Positions 1 to 13,123 are shown, counted from the stretch's first letter. The stretch is DNA of 43,708 nt from a virus (IMGVR_UViG_3300025084_000065:1-43708), one strand, 5' to 3'. Notes: a model not told the origin generated them from the letters alone. Numbers and translations are program-made.

Positions 1-3117
<3,117 letters not shown>

Positions 3118-3127
3118 TGTGTTCTAC

Positions 3128-4585
3128 CTAAAATGATACCCAGTTATTTTGAAATCTTGTATATAAAATTCCGCTGTCTGTTTCTATCCACCTATCCCCA
3201 GTAACACCACTTGCTTCAGGTGGATCATCAGAAACATATATTTTTGTCCCAGAAATATTTACTTTTATATTTTTACCACCAACTCTATTTATATCAACAC
3301 CAGAACCAGAAAAATATAAAGTGTCTATAGAACGATTTAATAATTTTCCTTTATTTGAGTCGTATATACCAATACCGCCACCACCAGAAGATGCAGCATT
3401 GATAAACTTATTTACTAATTGTGAATTAACTTCTCCACTTGAAAGTAATTTCTCAAAAAACTGTTTATCTATTTCTATAGACTTTTTACTTTGATTAAAA
3501 ACCAACGGATACTGAACTTTAACTTCAGTTATATCTGCGTTTTTACCAGCATTTCCAGGTTTTCCCATTACCCCATCTTTACCATCTTTACCATCTTTAC
3601 CATCTTTACCCGGATTTCCTTGTAAACCTTTTAATCCTCTTGGTCCACGAGCACCAGCAGGACCTTGTGATCCCATAGAACCCGGTATCCCAGGTTCTCC
3701 ATCAGAACCTCTTTCTCCGCGTTGACCCGGACTACCTTGTGGTCCTTGAGGACCCATAGGTCCTTGAACTCCCCTACTGCCTCTTTTACCACTAAGACCT
3801 ATTAAGCCTTGTTCACCCGCTGCACCTGTATTACCATCTGCTCCAGTAAATCCTACTAAACCAGTTTCTCCTGTGATGCCAGGGGGAAGTTCTAATAGAT
3901 AAAAATCACCGCTAGTTAATTTAATTTTTATTTTATTTGTATCTTCTGGTGTTATTTTCTCTATACCTATACCTATAGGACCAGTTTCACCCATTTTACC
4001 AGTTTTACCAACAACACCAGTAAAACCAGTAATACCTTGAGAACCAGTAGGTCCTATTAGTTTTATTTCATGTATAACTTCTTTTATTATTTCTTTTTTA
4101 ACTTCGGTTTCTATTATTGGAGTTGATTTTTTATTATCAACTTCTACAACTTTAACAACTTTTTTTAAGTATTGATCATAAATCTTATTAGAACCACGAA
4201 TACAATATACTTCATTTAAAACAGATACAAATATTTTTGACATTCCAGAATTAAGAACCACATCTTGATCGGAATTTTTAAGTTGGGTTTCATTATAAAC
4301 ATTTCCGGGAATCAAATTACCAGTTTTTGGTCCTATCCAACGATAGGAATTTAATTGGGTTTCTTTATATTCTTCTAAATGTTCGTTTAACTCTTTACGT
4401 TTACCTAGAATTTTAACAACACCATAATCAGATATTTCAAAATTCTTACCTGAAGAAAATAATCCAAATCCACCAGAATATTCTCCCAATGCAATAGCTT
4501 CAACATGAACTTTAGAAGTTTCTTCTATTATTGTATTTTTTGGTATTTCAGGACTTATTGTCTTTTTTACTATCCATTTTTTCAT
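3128..4585 (-). CDS. Collagen-like fibre protein
   Basis: Long Gly-X-Y runs (GPTGSQGITGFTG..., GPQGPQGSPGQRGERG..., GKDGKDGKD) and a C-terminal GDRWIETDSGILY fibre module. The ATG at 4585 overlaps the upstream stop (ATGA). Confidence 0.8.
   Translation of the reverse strand: MKKWIVKKTISPEIPKNTIIEETSKVHVEAIALGEYSGGFGLFSSGKNFEISDYGVVKILGKRKELNEHLEEYKETQLNSYRWIGPKTGNLIPGNVYNETQLKNSDQDVVLNSGMSKIFVSVLNEVYCIRGSNKIYDQYLKKVVKVVEVDNKKSTPIIETEVKKEIIKEVIHEIKLIGPTGSQGITGFTGVVGKTGKMGETGPIGIGIEKITPEDTNKIKIKLTSGDFYLLELPPGITGETGLVGFTGADGNTGAAGEQGLIGLSGKRGSRGVQGPMGPQGPQGSPGQRGERGSDGEPGIPGSMGSQGPAGARGPRGLKGLQGNPGKDGKDGKDGKDGVMGKPGNAGKNADITEVKVQYPLVFNQSKKSIEIDKQFFEKLLSSGEVNSQLVNKFINAASSGGGGIGIYDSNKGKLLNRSIDTLYFSGSGVDINRVGGKNIKVNISGTKIYVSDDPPEASGVTGDRWIETDSGILYTRFQNNWVSF
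3572..3611. repeat. 9-bp tandem repeat (GKD)n
   Basis: About four ccatcttt(a/t) units inside the collagen gene. Confidence 0.8.
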
Positions 4586-5148
4586 GATATTGACCAACCT
4601 AAAGTAGATCCATTAGAATGAACCCAATAATTTAACCCTCCATCATGTGTAAATACAGTAAACGAATACAATTTACCCGTGGACTGATTAACTAGATTTA
4701 TATCAGGATCTAAGTGTACTGTAGAAGAATCGCCGTTTATATCCAATCCAGTAAAATTATAAGATCCAGAAAAAAAAGCACTTTGTGCAGGACTGTGTCT
4801 GCATAAAAATTTACACTCTGCATATTTTCCCGTTTCAGGTGGATCTTTAAATTTTATTTCACCACTTACAAATTGAACATCTGGATCGAAATTATATTCG
4901 GGTACAACTTCAAAATTATCAATAAGTGACATTTCAAAAATAGGATTTACATTAGTTGCAGTTTCTTGTTCACTGTCGGGATATTTACCACTATCGCTAA
5001 TTGAAATCCAAGCTTGAGTATCTTCATCAAAAAACCATTGATGTTCGATATCTCTAGTAATACCAGCATCGTTGGTACACCCGAAGGTATAACCAAAAGA
5101 ATATATTTCACATGAACTTCCCGAAGGAAATATTATTGGTGATGGCAT
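4582..5148 (-). CDS. Hypothetical virion/fibre-associated protein
   Basis: 188-aa ORF. Its N-terminus (IIFPSGS...W..D....W) resembles that of the long fibre, its C-terminal FTHDGGLNYW resembles fibre C-terminal motifs, and it follows a late-promoter-like site. Confidence 0.55.
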   Translation of the reverse strand: MPSPIIFPSGSSCEIYSFGYTFGCTNDAGITRDIEHQWFFDEDTQAWISISDSGKYPDSEQETATNVNPIFEMSLIDNFEVVPEYNFDPDVQFVSGEIKFKDPPETGKYAECKFLCRHSPAQSAFFSGSYNFTGLDINGDSSTVHLDPDINLVNQSTGKLYSFTVFTHDGGLNYWVHSNGSTLGWSIS

Positions 5149-5187
5149 TAATTTAGATCCACTTCAATTGATTAATATAGCTGTTTG

Positions 5188-5195
5188 TATTTATG
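5188..5195 (-). promoter_or_regulatory. Candidate T4-type late promoter (CATAAATA)
   Basis: One mismatch to TATAAATA, about 40 bp upstream of the fibre gene block. Confidence 0.5.
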
Positions 5196-6471
5196 CTTTT
5201 TCTATTTTACGTTTTTTATACTTATTGGTAGGTTGTAATTTAGTAGACTTTTTTATTTTATTTTTTCTTTTGAGTTTTTCATTTTTTAATTCAATTTTTT
5301 TTTCATTTTTAACTTGATCTGCTTGCATCTGAATTTGACTTAAAACTTTTTCATATGATGTCATATTGTCGCGTACTCGTTCTGCATGTTCTCTAGGAAC
5401 TAAATTTGCATCTATAAGCTGTTTACAAGCTGCATATCCAATTTGAGGTTTTCCTGCATAGTATGCAGTAGAACCGATTTCGTCTAAAAGACCCCATCTG
5501 TATACATCTTCCTGAACGAAAAGAATATCTTGATTTGGATATCCACACTCAAGACCTTGTTTTGCGTACATAAATGCAAGTGAATTTAAGTTCTCATGTC
5601 TACACATTCTAGACAAAAACCAAAGAGGTTCTGCTCTAATTGGTCTATAATTCCATGCAGTAAGAAATGCATGTTGAACTTCAGGAAATGGTTTCTTTAA
5701 AACTCCACTAATAATTGCACATCTCAATAATGCGTAATATACTTCTTCGGGCCAACCACCCATTTCAGCTCTTTTAGTATATGCTTCCAGAGATTTTTCA
5801 AATTGCTGAGAATCAAAATATGATTGAGCTAAGTAAAAAACATATCTATCGTTATTTGGTTCATCAACTAAAGCTTCTTCTAAAACTTTAGCATCTCTTG
5901 AATATTTTTCTACTGGATCAATACCGACATTTCTAGCACCTTCTGTTCTAGCAGTAATTCTATAATTTGGATTATCTATTTTTCCTTGAGTTATTTTTTC
6001 TCTGTCTTTTTCACAAGTTGCATATTCGTGTAAAACACCAACATATTTCCAATTTTCAGATAACTTAAATATTTGATTTCTCCACCATGTAAAATCACCA
6101 CGACCAATTCTTAGCGAATATGCGTCTTGATCCATTTTTTCTGGATATTCAAACTTACCAGATACATAGTCATCGGCATCTATAACCCATGCATAGTCTG
6201 CTCCACTTGATTTTGCTTTATGTAAAGATTCTGTTCTAGAACCCATCTTACCTGCGTGATCACCAAAACCTTTCCAATCAGACTGATGAACTTCACCTGG
6301 AATGCCCAGATTTTCCATAGTTTTACGAATAAGATCTTGTGTTCCGTCAGTAGAACCAGTATCTGTAATATCGTAACGATCAACATATTTTGCAATTGAT
6401 TTAAGACACTCTTCTATAATATGAGTCTCATCTTTTACAATCATACACAGAGTTACAGTTGGTTTTTTCAT
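5191..6471 (-). CDS. GT2 glycosyltransferase with TPR repeats (SunS-like architecture)
   Basis: LCMIVKDE, DTGSTDGT, DADD (DxD) and GVLHEY motifs; TPR-like helices (YVFYLAQSYFD..., AWNYRPIRAEPL); Lys-rich tail. Confidence 0.85.
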   Translation of the reverse strand: MKKPTVTLCMIVKDETHIIEECLKSIAKYVDRYDITDTGSTDGTQDLIRKTMENLGIPGEVHQSDWKGFGDHAGKMGSRTESLHKAKSSGADYAWVIDADDYVSGKFEYPEKMDQDAYSLRIGRGDFTWWRNQIFKLSENWKYVGVLHEYATCEKDREKITQGKIDNPNYRITARTEGARNVGIDPVEKYSRDAKVLEEALVDEPNNDRYVFYLAQSYFDSQQFEKSLEAYTKRAEMGGWPEEVYYALLRCAIISGVLKKPFPEVQHAFLTAWNYRPIRAEPLWFLSRMCRHENLNSLAFMYAKQGLECGYPNQDILFVQEDVYRWGLLDEIGSTAYYAGKPQIGYAACKQLIDANLVPREHAERVRDNMTSYEKVLSQIQMQADQVKNEKKIELKNEKLKRKNKIKKSTKLQPTNKYKKRKIEKA

Positions 6472-6558
6472 TATAAAGTCCTTTTAGTTTTTGCTATTAT
6501 TATATAGGATGATTTTTATCTTGTTTTTGATTGACGCACTCCATCATTAGCACCAAGT

Positions 6559-7173
6559 TCACAATAATACTTCATTTAATTCCTCCAATTTTTCTAGTTC
6601 ATGTTTTGAAATGTACTCAAGGTTTTTTGTTTTTGACTTTTTATCATTAAAGGTTTCACCAGTTTGATTTAAACCGGGATCAATTCTACCCAAAAGGACA
6701 GAAACTTGAAATTCAACACCAAATATTTTTGCATAATATTTTTTAGTATCTCTACAAAATTCATCATGATTTACAATATGAACATTTGGATTTGAAATTG
6801 ATAACCTGTTACTTATTGTAACATATTTTTTATACAATTCAATAAAGTCATCAACAGAAGTTGTTATCTTATATGCTGACTTGTATGCATGATTGAAGTG
6901 ATGATCTGATCCATATTTTTTCCATACTTTTTTCAGAGAAGCGTACTGTGATATAGGATCTTTCATACAAATTACAATAGGAAAAGTAGTATCAATAAGA
7001 GAAGGAAATGAATGCTTCCAGCATAATGGAGGTTCTTTTATTTTGTATGAATCGAAGTCACAATTAAAATTCATAAAAGGATCATTAACGCAGTTTAATT
7101 TTAATCGTTCTGCGTACTTACAGAAAACATTGGTTCCAGATCGCATTAACCCAAATATATAAAAATTACTCAT
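6559..7173 (-). CDS. Sulfotransferase-like protein
   Basis: N-terminal GLMRSGTN resembles the 5'-PSB PAPS-binding loop; KDPISQYAS resembles the 3'-PB motif (RxP...S); WKH motif. Confidence 0.6.
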   Translation of the reverse strand: MSNFYIFGLMRSGTNVFCKYAERLKLNCVNDPFMNFNCDFDSYKIKEPPLCWKHSFPSLIDTTFPIVICMKDPISQYASLKKVWKKYGSDHHFNHAYKSAYKITTSVDDFIELYKKYVTISNRLSISNPNVHIVNHDEFCRDTKKYYAKIFGVEFQVSVLLGRIDPGLNQTGETFNDKKSKTKNLEYISKHELEKLEELNEVLL

Positions 7174-7966
7174 TTTCTAAATTAACCCAAAAATTAACAT
7201 CAAATACACTACTATTTATATTAGGCTTTTTGTAATTATTTTCTAGTTCATCCCAATCAATATCGGAGTATTTTTTAGTAAAAACAAAAGGTATACTTGG
7301 TTCTATTTCTTTCATTTTTCTATACATCACACAGTCTTCGACTATTGGAATTGAACCAACAAATAAAGCTTCCCAAACTCTATGGGTGTCAAGTCCATTA
7401 CCTCGAGGACAAACACAATATTTGTGAGTGGAAAGTTCCCTAATATAATCTAAATTATCACCACGTTTCTTTGCATTTACTACACTCAACTTTTTATTCT
7501 TACTTAATAACTTGTGAATTTTTTTTCTTGTATTGTAAGTTTCTGGTCTAAAGTTTACATAAACAAAATTATTTTTTTCTTCCTCTACAAAAGGCTCAAG
7601 TTCATGATATTTTGTAGCTAATGTGTATGAGTCCGAAAATCCGATTGGTATTGGAATTAAATCTGGTGCGATGTAATTAACATTTTGAGAAAACCATCTG
7701 TTAACATTTTTTGGTTTTCTTTGATATAAATCTTTGTCTACATTTTTATCTGAGTGATGTGTTATAACATCACACTCTTTATTTAATTCATTCAATATGT
7801 TAAAAACGGGTTCTATGTAATCTGTTTTTGTATAAATTAAAGGCATGTCTTTTTGCATAATTTCTTCTATTACAGAATCGTTCTTCATAATTTGAGACAC
7901 AGTCCTATTACAGAAAAAAAATGTATCAGATATGTCCACAAAATTTAATCCAGAAATATAAGTCAT
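7166..7966 (-). CDS. Exostosin/GT47-like glycosyltransferase
   Basis: HKYCVCPRGNGLDTHRVWEALFVGSIPIV matches the exostosin C-terminal signature. Confidence 0.75.
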   Translation of the reverse strand: MTYISGLNFVDISDTFFFCNRTVSQIMKNDSVIEEIMQKDMPLIYTKTDYIEPVFNILNELNKECDVITHHSDKNVDKDLYQRKPKNVNRWFSQNVNYIAPDLIPIPIGFSDSYTLATKYHELEPFVEEEKNNFVYVNFRPETYNTRKKIHKLLSKNKKLSVVNAKKRGDNLDYIRELSTHKYCVCPRGNGLDTHRVWEALFVGSIPIVEDCVMYRKMKEIEPSIPFVFTKKYSDIDWDELENNYKKPNINSSVFDVNFWVNLENE

Positions 7967-8781
7967 ACAAACTCCTTAGTTTTTTTGGAGTGAATATGTA
8001 AATTGACAATAGGAATTTTTCTTTCCTTATAAACAACAAAAGGTATTTTGTCTAGCATAATTGGCTTCAATCTTCCTTCGTTTATTTTTTTCCCAATCCA
8101 ATGGTGATTTCCAGCCCAACCAACAGGTTCATTATTATGTGTACCACCAAAATATTGTCCGTATGAAGAAGGATCAAAAACAAAAGTTGTTTCTTCGTCT
8201 GGGATTATTGGTAATTCTATTATTAAATTTTTTGTATTATTTTTTATTGCGCCTAATATTTCCATTTCATTCGGCATGGTAGGACACAATCTTTTTTGTA
8301 AATCTGGACTTACTGATATTTCAAAAACTAGATCACATATAGTTTCGTATTTATCTAGATCATTACAAAAAGAAAATCCAAATACTAATTCATTTTGATT
8401 GCAAGGTGTGATATAAAAACCAGAAAACTTACTAAAATAATCCTCAAATTCAGAAACTGCTCGATATAAAATAACATCAGAATCAAAATGTACAAACTTA
8501 TCTAAATTTAATTTCCTTGCAACATCACGCAGTAGAAAAATTCGATATAAAGATCGTTTCCATAGAGGATTTGAATCAAATTTAAAATAAGAAGAATTCA
8601 TTATATTTGATGTTTGAGTACTCACAATTTCTTGCACATCAACAGTAGTAACTCCATTTATATTTACCTGTTGATCTGAACATAAAATGATATTTGATTT
8701 TTTATCACACATCTTTACAGAATTTATACTGTCTATTAGATGTTCTGGTATTGATCCTAAATGACAAAAAATATAATTCAT
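7963..8781 (-). CDS. Putative GT-A-fold glycosyltransferase
   Basis: FVHFDSDVILY (DxD), FDPSSYGQYFGG and C-terminal NLHIHSK; lies in the GT cluster with overlapping start/stop codons. Confidence 0.55.
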   Translation of the reverse strand: MNYIFCHLGSIPEHLIDSINSVKMCDKKSNIILCSDQQVNINGVTTVDVQEIVSTQTSNIMNSSYFKFDSNPLWKRSLYRIFLLRDVARKLNLDKFVHFDSDVILYRAVSEFEDYFSKFSGFYITPCNQNELVFGFSFCNDLDKYETICDLVFEISVSPDLQKRLCPTMPNEMEILGAIKNNTKNLIIELPIIPDEETTFVFDPSSYGQYFGGTHNNEPVGWAGNHHWIGKKINEGRLKPIMLDKIPFVVYKERKIPIVNLHIHSKKTKEFV

Positions 8782-9545
8782 AGTTGATCATAATCCTTAC
8801 CCCTAGCCCAACCATGACAACATACAATATCATACTTATTTGCTAAGTATTCGATATCCGTTTTGTTTGGTATTGCACCCACATTAATATAATTAAGTTG
8901 TCTATTTTCACATATTTCCTTATGGTTATCCCACATCCAATTACCATACAAATCCCATTCACTTAGTGAAGCACCCTCTTCATAATTAATACATTTTAAT
9001 AATGCATCATATAATTTCATTTCATGTAAATTTTCTATATGACATATCAATTCATTCATATACTTTTTATTAAAAATCATATGATGGAAAATGAATGAAA
9101 ACCCAGAATTTGTTGGTTTTCCTATTAACTTTTCATAAGTTTCTAAATAAGGTGTATGATATTCTGGAGCGATACAATACTGAAATTTAGCACAATCATA
9201 ATGGACTTTTTTTGTAAAAATCGCATCAGAATCTACCATAACATAACTTTCTGTTAAATTCTGTATCACTTTATGTGATAACAGTTTTAATGTTTGTTGA
9301 TATATCCAACCTGCTCTATGTGACCATTTAGGACAAATCACATTCCATCTATCTTTTAATTTTTGTAAAGAAGTTAGATTATCAAATTCAGAATCTAAAA
9401 TTTGAATTGTACCGTCAATTTTTAAATCGCAAGGGCTAATCAAATAAATGTTATTACAATTAGTTTTTTCTTTTATAGAAATAACTCCTTGATGAACTAC
9501 ATCTTTATCTTTTGGGTGACATGGTATAATAAAATCTAAATTCAT
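8778..9545 (-). CDS. DUF6492-like putative glycosyltransferase
   Basis: IPCHPKD, GWIYQQTLKL, VDSD (DxD) and SEWDLYGNW motifs. Confidence 0.55.
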   Translation of the reverse strand: MNLDFIIPCHPKDKDVVHQGVISIKEKTNCNNIYLISPCDLKIDGTIQILDSEFDNLTSLQKLKDRWNVICPKWSHRAGWIYQQTLKLLSHKVIQNLTESYVMVDSDAIFTKKVHYDCAKFQYCIAPEYHTPYLETYEKLIGKPTNSGFSFIFHHMIFNKKYMNELICHIENLHEMKLYDALLKCINYEEGASLSEWDLYGNWMWDNHKEICENRQLNYINVGAIPNKTDIEYLANKYDIVCCHGWARGKDYDQL

Positions 9546-9597
9546 TTTTTTCTTTCATATAAGTTTTTTAATCATCACACTAGTCTTTTTCTTCTAT

Positions 9598-10266
9598 TCA
9601 TATACATTCTTGATAATAACCACCAATATCAAATTTAGTTTTAGTGTTTATAGAACCAACCGTTTTTAATGGTTTAAAATTAGATTTTGAAATAACTCTA
9701 AAATCAACACTTACTCTGGTTACATCTGTTGTATTCTCTTTACTTCCATGTAGTAAATTTGAAGCATCCCATTTATAGTATTCACCATACTCACACTCCA
9801 TAGGACTAAAATCTTTCTTATCTTCCTCCGATTCTGCCCATATGGTATTAGTAGAAAAAGCTTTAGTAAATGGTAAATAGTAATTAAGTTCTTTAACTTC
9901 AGCAGCCCAGTTCGGATCTCTATAATTCCTATCCTTATGCCATTCACCTACTGCAATATTGCCAGGAAAATGTAATCTTATATTTGGTATTTTTTGATAC
10001 ACTATGGGTTCATCGTATAAAGGTCTAATTTCATCCTTTATAAAATCCTCATATAATTCAAAAAAAGGATTTTCGCGTTCATAATATTTCTTATGATAAA
10101 TTGTAGATTGATCGTTTTTTCTTTCGAATTTTTCATTATATAAAAAATCATCATGTATGTGAATATTTTCCAATGAATTGACACCCAACCAGTTTTTTAT
10201 TGTTTCATAAAAATTATATTTGTCTATACTATACGCTAGTTTTATCATAGTTTGATCTTCAATCAT
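9598..10266 (-). CDS. 2OG-Fe(II) dioxygenase, StrG-like
   Basis: HxD (WHKD), distal His (LLHG) and RxS (TRVSVDFR) of the double-stranded beta-helix oxygenases. Confidence 0.7.
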   Translation of the reverse strand: MIEDQTMIKLAYSIDKYNFYETIKNWLGVNSLENIHIHDDFLYNEKFERKNDQSTIYHKKYYERENPFFELYEDFIKDEIRPLYDEPIVYQKIPNIRLHFPGNIAVGEWHKDRNYRDPNWAAEVKELNYYLPFTKAFSTNTIWAESEEDKKDFSPMECEYGEYYKWDASNLLHGSKENTTDVTRVSVDFRVISKSNFKPLKTVGSINTKTKFDIGGYYQECI

Positions 10267-11114
10267 AACATCATTCCTTTTTTGAAATAATTTAAATTTA
10301 TATAATCTTCCATTGATTTAAATTTCTGAACCAACTCAAAATTTTCTTTTATTACATCCATTTTAGATTCATAAAAATCTTCATCTAAATTATTCACTAA
10401 ATTTAAAATTTCATTGAACGACATTCCGTTTATTTGAATCACACCATCAGTATTAAAATACTTACCTAGATCTGTTGCACCATAATATATTGGTATAGTT
10501 CCCGTTGCAAAACAATTAAAAAGTTTTTCTGTCATATACCACTTACTGACATAATTTTCAATTCCTATACTATACCTGTAATCACGTAAACTGTCAATTA
10601 TTTTGTTACTTCCACACGGACTAGCACATCCGACAGTAGCAACAACAGAATTTGTATTATTTGATAAAAAGTTAGCTAAATGTATTCTGTACTTATGTAG
10701 TTCACACATTTGCTTGTTTGAAGACACCATAGAAATCATCTTAGATTTTTTATGAATTTTAATTTCCTCATCTCCGTTTTTTCCACCAACTCGCATCCCA
10801 TAGCCAGGAACCCACTTACACTTTTCTGGATATTTTTCTATTAAATGGGAATCTGGTGTGAAAACCATTTTATAATCATTTATATTTGCTTCTACATGAT
10901 AATAATACTCAGGAATTATTCCCTTTGTTTCTGGTAGTAAAGCATATCCTTTTATTTGTTTTGTTAGTGGATTTGCAACATCAAAATTAACAAAAAAAGT
11001 TTCATAATTTGGATTGTATTCCCAATTCCACTCAAAAGTTTTTGGGGCGTGTTCTGCAACATAATGTTTAGACTCACCCATCGTATTATCAAAAATATTA
11101 AAAACTTTTTTCAT
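10263..11114 (-). CDS. GT10-like (alpha-1,3/4-fucosyltransferase-like) glycosyltransferase
   Basis: YRYSIGIEN...YMTEKLFNCFATGTIPIYYG matches the GT10 motif. Confidence 0.75.
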   Translation of the reverse strand: MKKVFNIFDNTMGESKHYVAEHAPKTFEWNWEYNPNYETFFVNFDVANPLTKQIKGYALLPETKGIIPEYYYHVEANINDYKMVFTPDSHLIEKYPEKCKWVPGYGMRVGGKNGDEEIKIHKKSKMISMVSSNKQMCELHKYRIHLANFLSNNTNSVVATVGCASPCGSNKIIDSLRDYRYSIGIENYVSKWYMTEKLFNCFATGTIPIYYGATDLGKYFNTDGVIQINGMSFNEILNLVNNLDEDFYESKMDVIKENFELVQKFKSMEDYINLNYFKKGMML

Positions 11115-11884
11115 ACTCTAATCCACCTTTCTGGAACTATATAAGAATTTTCTGGACTATTAGACCAAACTTTGGGTGCTATTATTTTTTTACCTTCTTG
11201 CTCACCCAACCAAGCCCCCCACCAACTAAGAGAACTGTTTGCGACTATATTTGCACCACACTGAGTCATCATATAAAGATCTTCATGTAAACCTAAGTTT
11301 GGAAAAATACAATTTTCATTAGAAAACAATCTATTCGATTTACACCAATCGATGTCATCAGAAAAAACCATAAATTTCATGTCATCTAAAACTCGCATTG
11401 AAGTTTCATAATAATCTTCTGATAAAACAATCAGTCCATTTAAAGTTACGTAATCGCCCCGTCTTACATGAACTGATGCGTACTGATTAGGATCTACATT
11501 ATTTTGTTTAAAGTATTTTTGACATTTATCAACACACTCTGATTTAAATATAAATTGTTCTTTTATAAAATCTTTACAGTGATTGAAGTATTTCTCACAT
11601 TGAAAATATCCCATGATATCTGTGTTTTCTGGTAGCGACTCTAAATAACCATTTTCATTAAAACTTTTATCTGGATTTATTTGTTTTTCATAATCCAAAT
11701 CAAATATTTCGTTTAGATTCATTTTTTCTTTGTAACCTAAACATCCTATTTCTATTTCATTTGAGTTTCTGTCAGGTATTCCCCAAGGTTGATTTGAATA
11801 CTTAGCAAACCCAACAAGAGCAGCATATTGAAACATCTGATTACCCAATCTTCCAAAGTAACCAAGCCTTTCAAAAGAAATCAT
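11111..11884 (-). CDS. GT11 alpha-1,2-fucosyltransferase-like protein
   Basis: GRLGNQMFQYA, GYFQCEKYF, HVRRGDY, FSDDIDWC and NSSLSWWGAWL motifs. Confidence 0.9.
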   Translation of the reverse strand: MISFERLGYFGRLGNQMFQYAALVGFAKYSNQPWGIPDRNSNEIEIGCLGYKEKMNLNEIFDLDYEKQINPDKSFNENGYLESLPENTDIMGYFQCEKYFNHCKDFIKEQFIFKSECVDKCQKYFKQNNVDPNQYASVHVRRGDYVTLNGLIVLSEDYYETSMRVLDDMKFMVFSDDIDWCKSNRLFSNENCIFPNLGLHEDLYMMTQCGANIVANSSLSWWGAWLGEQEGKKIIAPKVWSNSPENSYIVPERWIRV

Positions 11885-12486
11885 TTGATATCCAATCTAA
11901 AGTGTGTATCGTGAAATGTTTTTGGGTCGTCCTGACAAAAGATAGGATCATTTAAACAAAGAGTTTTAATTTCTGTTTGTATTTGTGCGTACAACTCATC
12001 AAAAGGCCTGTTTACTTCAAATATAAATTTAGTTATGTAATTTGAGTAGTTATCTGCAACTTCTTTTGTTGGATAATAGATTGCATGAGCAGAACACATG
12101 TATTGTACAATACTAGTTTCTTTAGTGTTTTGTAAAAATAAACCACCATCAAATTGGGAAGATCCACTTTGAGTTCCCCATTTAGATAAACCAAGATACA
12201 AAACTTTATCCTTTGGGTCTTCTATTATTGGTCTATACCATTCTGAGGGTTTTATATCGTCCTCATAGATAATACATGGGAACTCTGCAGTCGCAAGACA
12301 TTCCCTGTGTGACATAGCACACCCTATCCAGTATGGAAATTTATTTCTGACATCTATAGAATCAAAAAAGGACCATTTTTTGATTCCTAAGTTTTCAAAA
12401 ACTTTTTTTATTTTTTTTCTTCTATCTTTATTATCTTTACTAAGAGCTAGTACATAGCTATTAATTTCACGAATATCAAGTTCCAT
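11881..12486 (-). CDS. GT25-like glycosyltransferase
   Basis: DRRKK, FFDSID, IGCAMSH and IYEDD motifs. Likely start is the ATG at 12486 (MELDIRE); the ORF-track start overlaps the upstream gene by >150 bp. Confidence 0.7.
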   Translation of the reverse strand: MELDIREINSYVLALSKDNKDRRKKIKKVFENLGIKKWSFFDSIDVRNKFPYWIGCAMSHRECLATAEFPCIIYEDDIKPSEWYRPIIEDPKDKVLYLGLSKWGTQSGSSQFDGGLFLQNTKETSIVQYMCSAHAIYYPTKEVADNYSNYITKFIFEVNRPFDELYAQIQTEIKTLCLNDPIFCQDDPKTFHDTHFRLDIK

Positions 12487-13123
12487 ATTCCATTCCCATC
12501 TTACCACCAGCGGTATGTGTGCTACCCCAATATTGTTTACAGTAAACCTTTTCATTACCATTATACTCAAGTCCAGAATAATGTCTAGGTATAAAATAGT
12601 AACTTGGATATACATGCAAACCAGATTTTTCGCGCATTTCATTTGCGATTGTGGTTAACAGAACCGGTCCTACAATTTTCCATGCAGTAAGATTTGGTAG
12701 TTTTTCTATTTGTTTTGCATCAAAAGTTGATATTCTTTCAATTATTTTCATTGCTAAGGGACTGTTTTTTTCTGTTGCAAAATACCCATTAGACATTAAT
12801 CCTTGTCTAATTTCTTCATTTTCCCAACAACAAAAAGCTTTATTGTCCGTTAAAAAATCATCCAGTGGATTAATACATTCAGAATCTGCATCAATAAAAA
12901 ATCCACCATAATCATAAAGAAGTTCATATCTAAGAATATCGGCTTTACCAGCCCACTCATTCATCGAATCAAACTGAACCTGATTTCTTAATTTTGGTAT
13001 ATTTTCCTCTGTCCAGAGGCGATGTTCCCAAGTAGGATTCAAATCTTTCCAAGTTTGGATTAAATTATCAGGACGTTTTGTCTGGTCTCCCACCCAGATC
13101 TGGTGTATGATTTTTGGTATCAT
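12476..13123 (-). CDS. GT32 (OCH1-like, DXD) glycosyltransferase
   Basis: MIPKIIHQIW, ADILRYELLYDYGGFFIDAD and VGPVLLT motifs. Confidence 0.9.
   Translation of the reverse strand: MIPKIIHQIWVGDQTKRPDNLIQTWKDLNPTWEHRLWTEENIPKLRNQVQFDSMNEWAGKADILRYELLYDYGGFFIDADSECINPLDDFLTDNKAFCCWENEEIRQGLMSNGYFATEKNSPLAMKIIERISTFDAKQIEKLPNLTAWKIVGPVLLTTIANEMREKSGLHVYPSYYFIPRHYSGLEYNGNEKVYCKQYWGSTHTAGGKMGMEYGT

Noticed and set aside
12487-12642. N-terminal extension of the GT25 ORF (similarly 18717-18776 and 26512-26559)
   Set aside because: These extensions overlap upstream genes or the terminator; downstream ATGs fit the family N-termini and gene coupling better.
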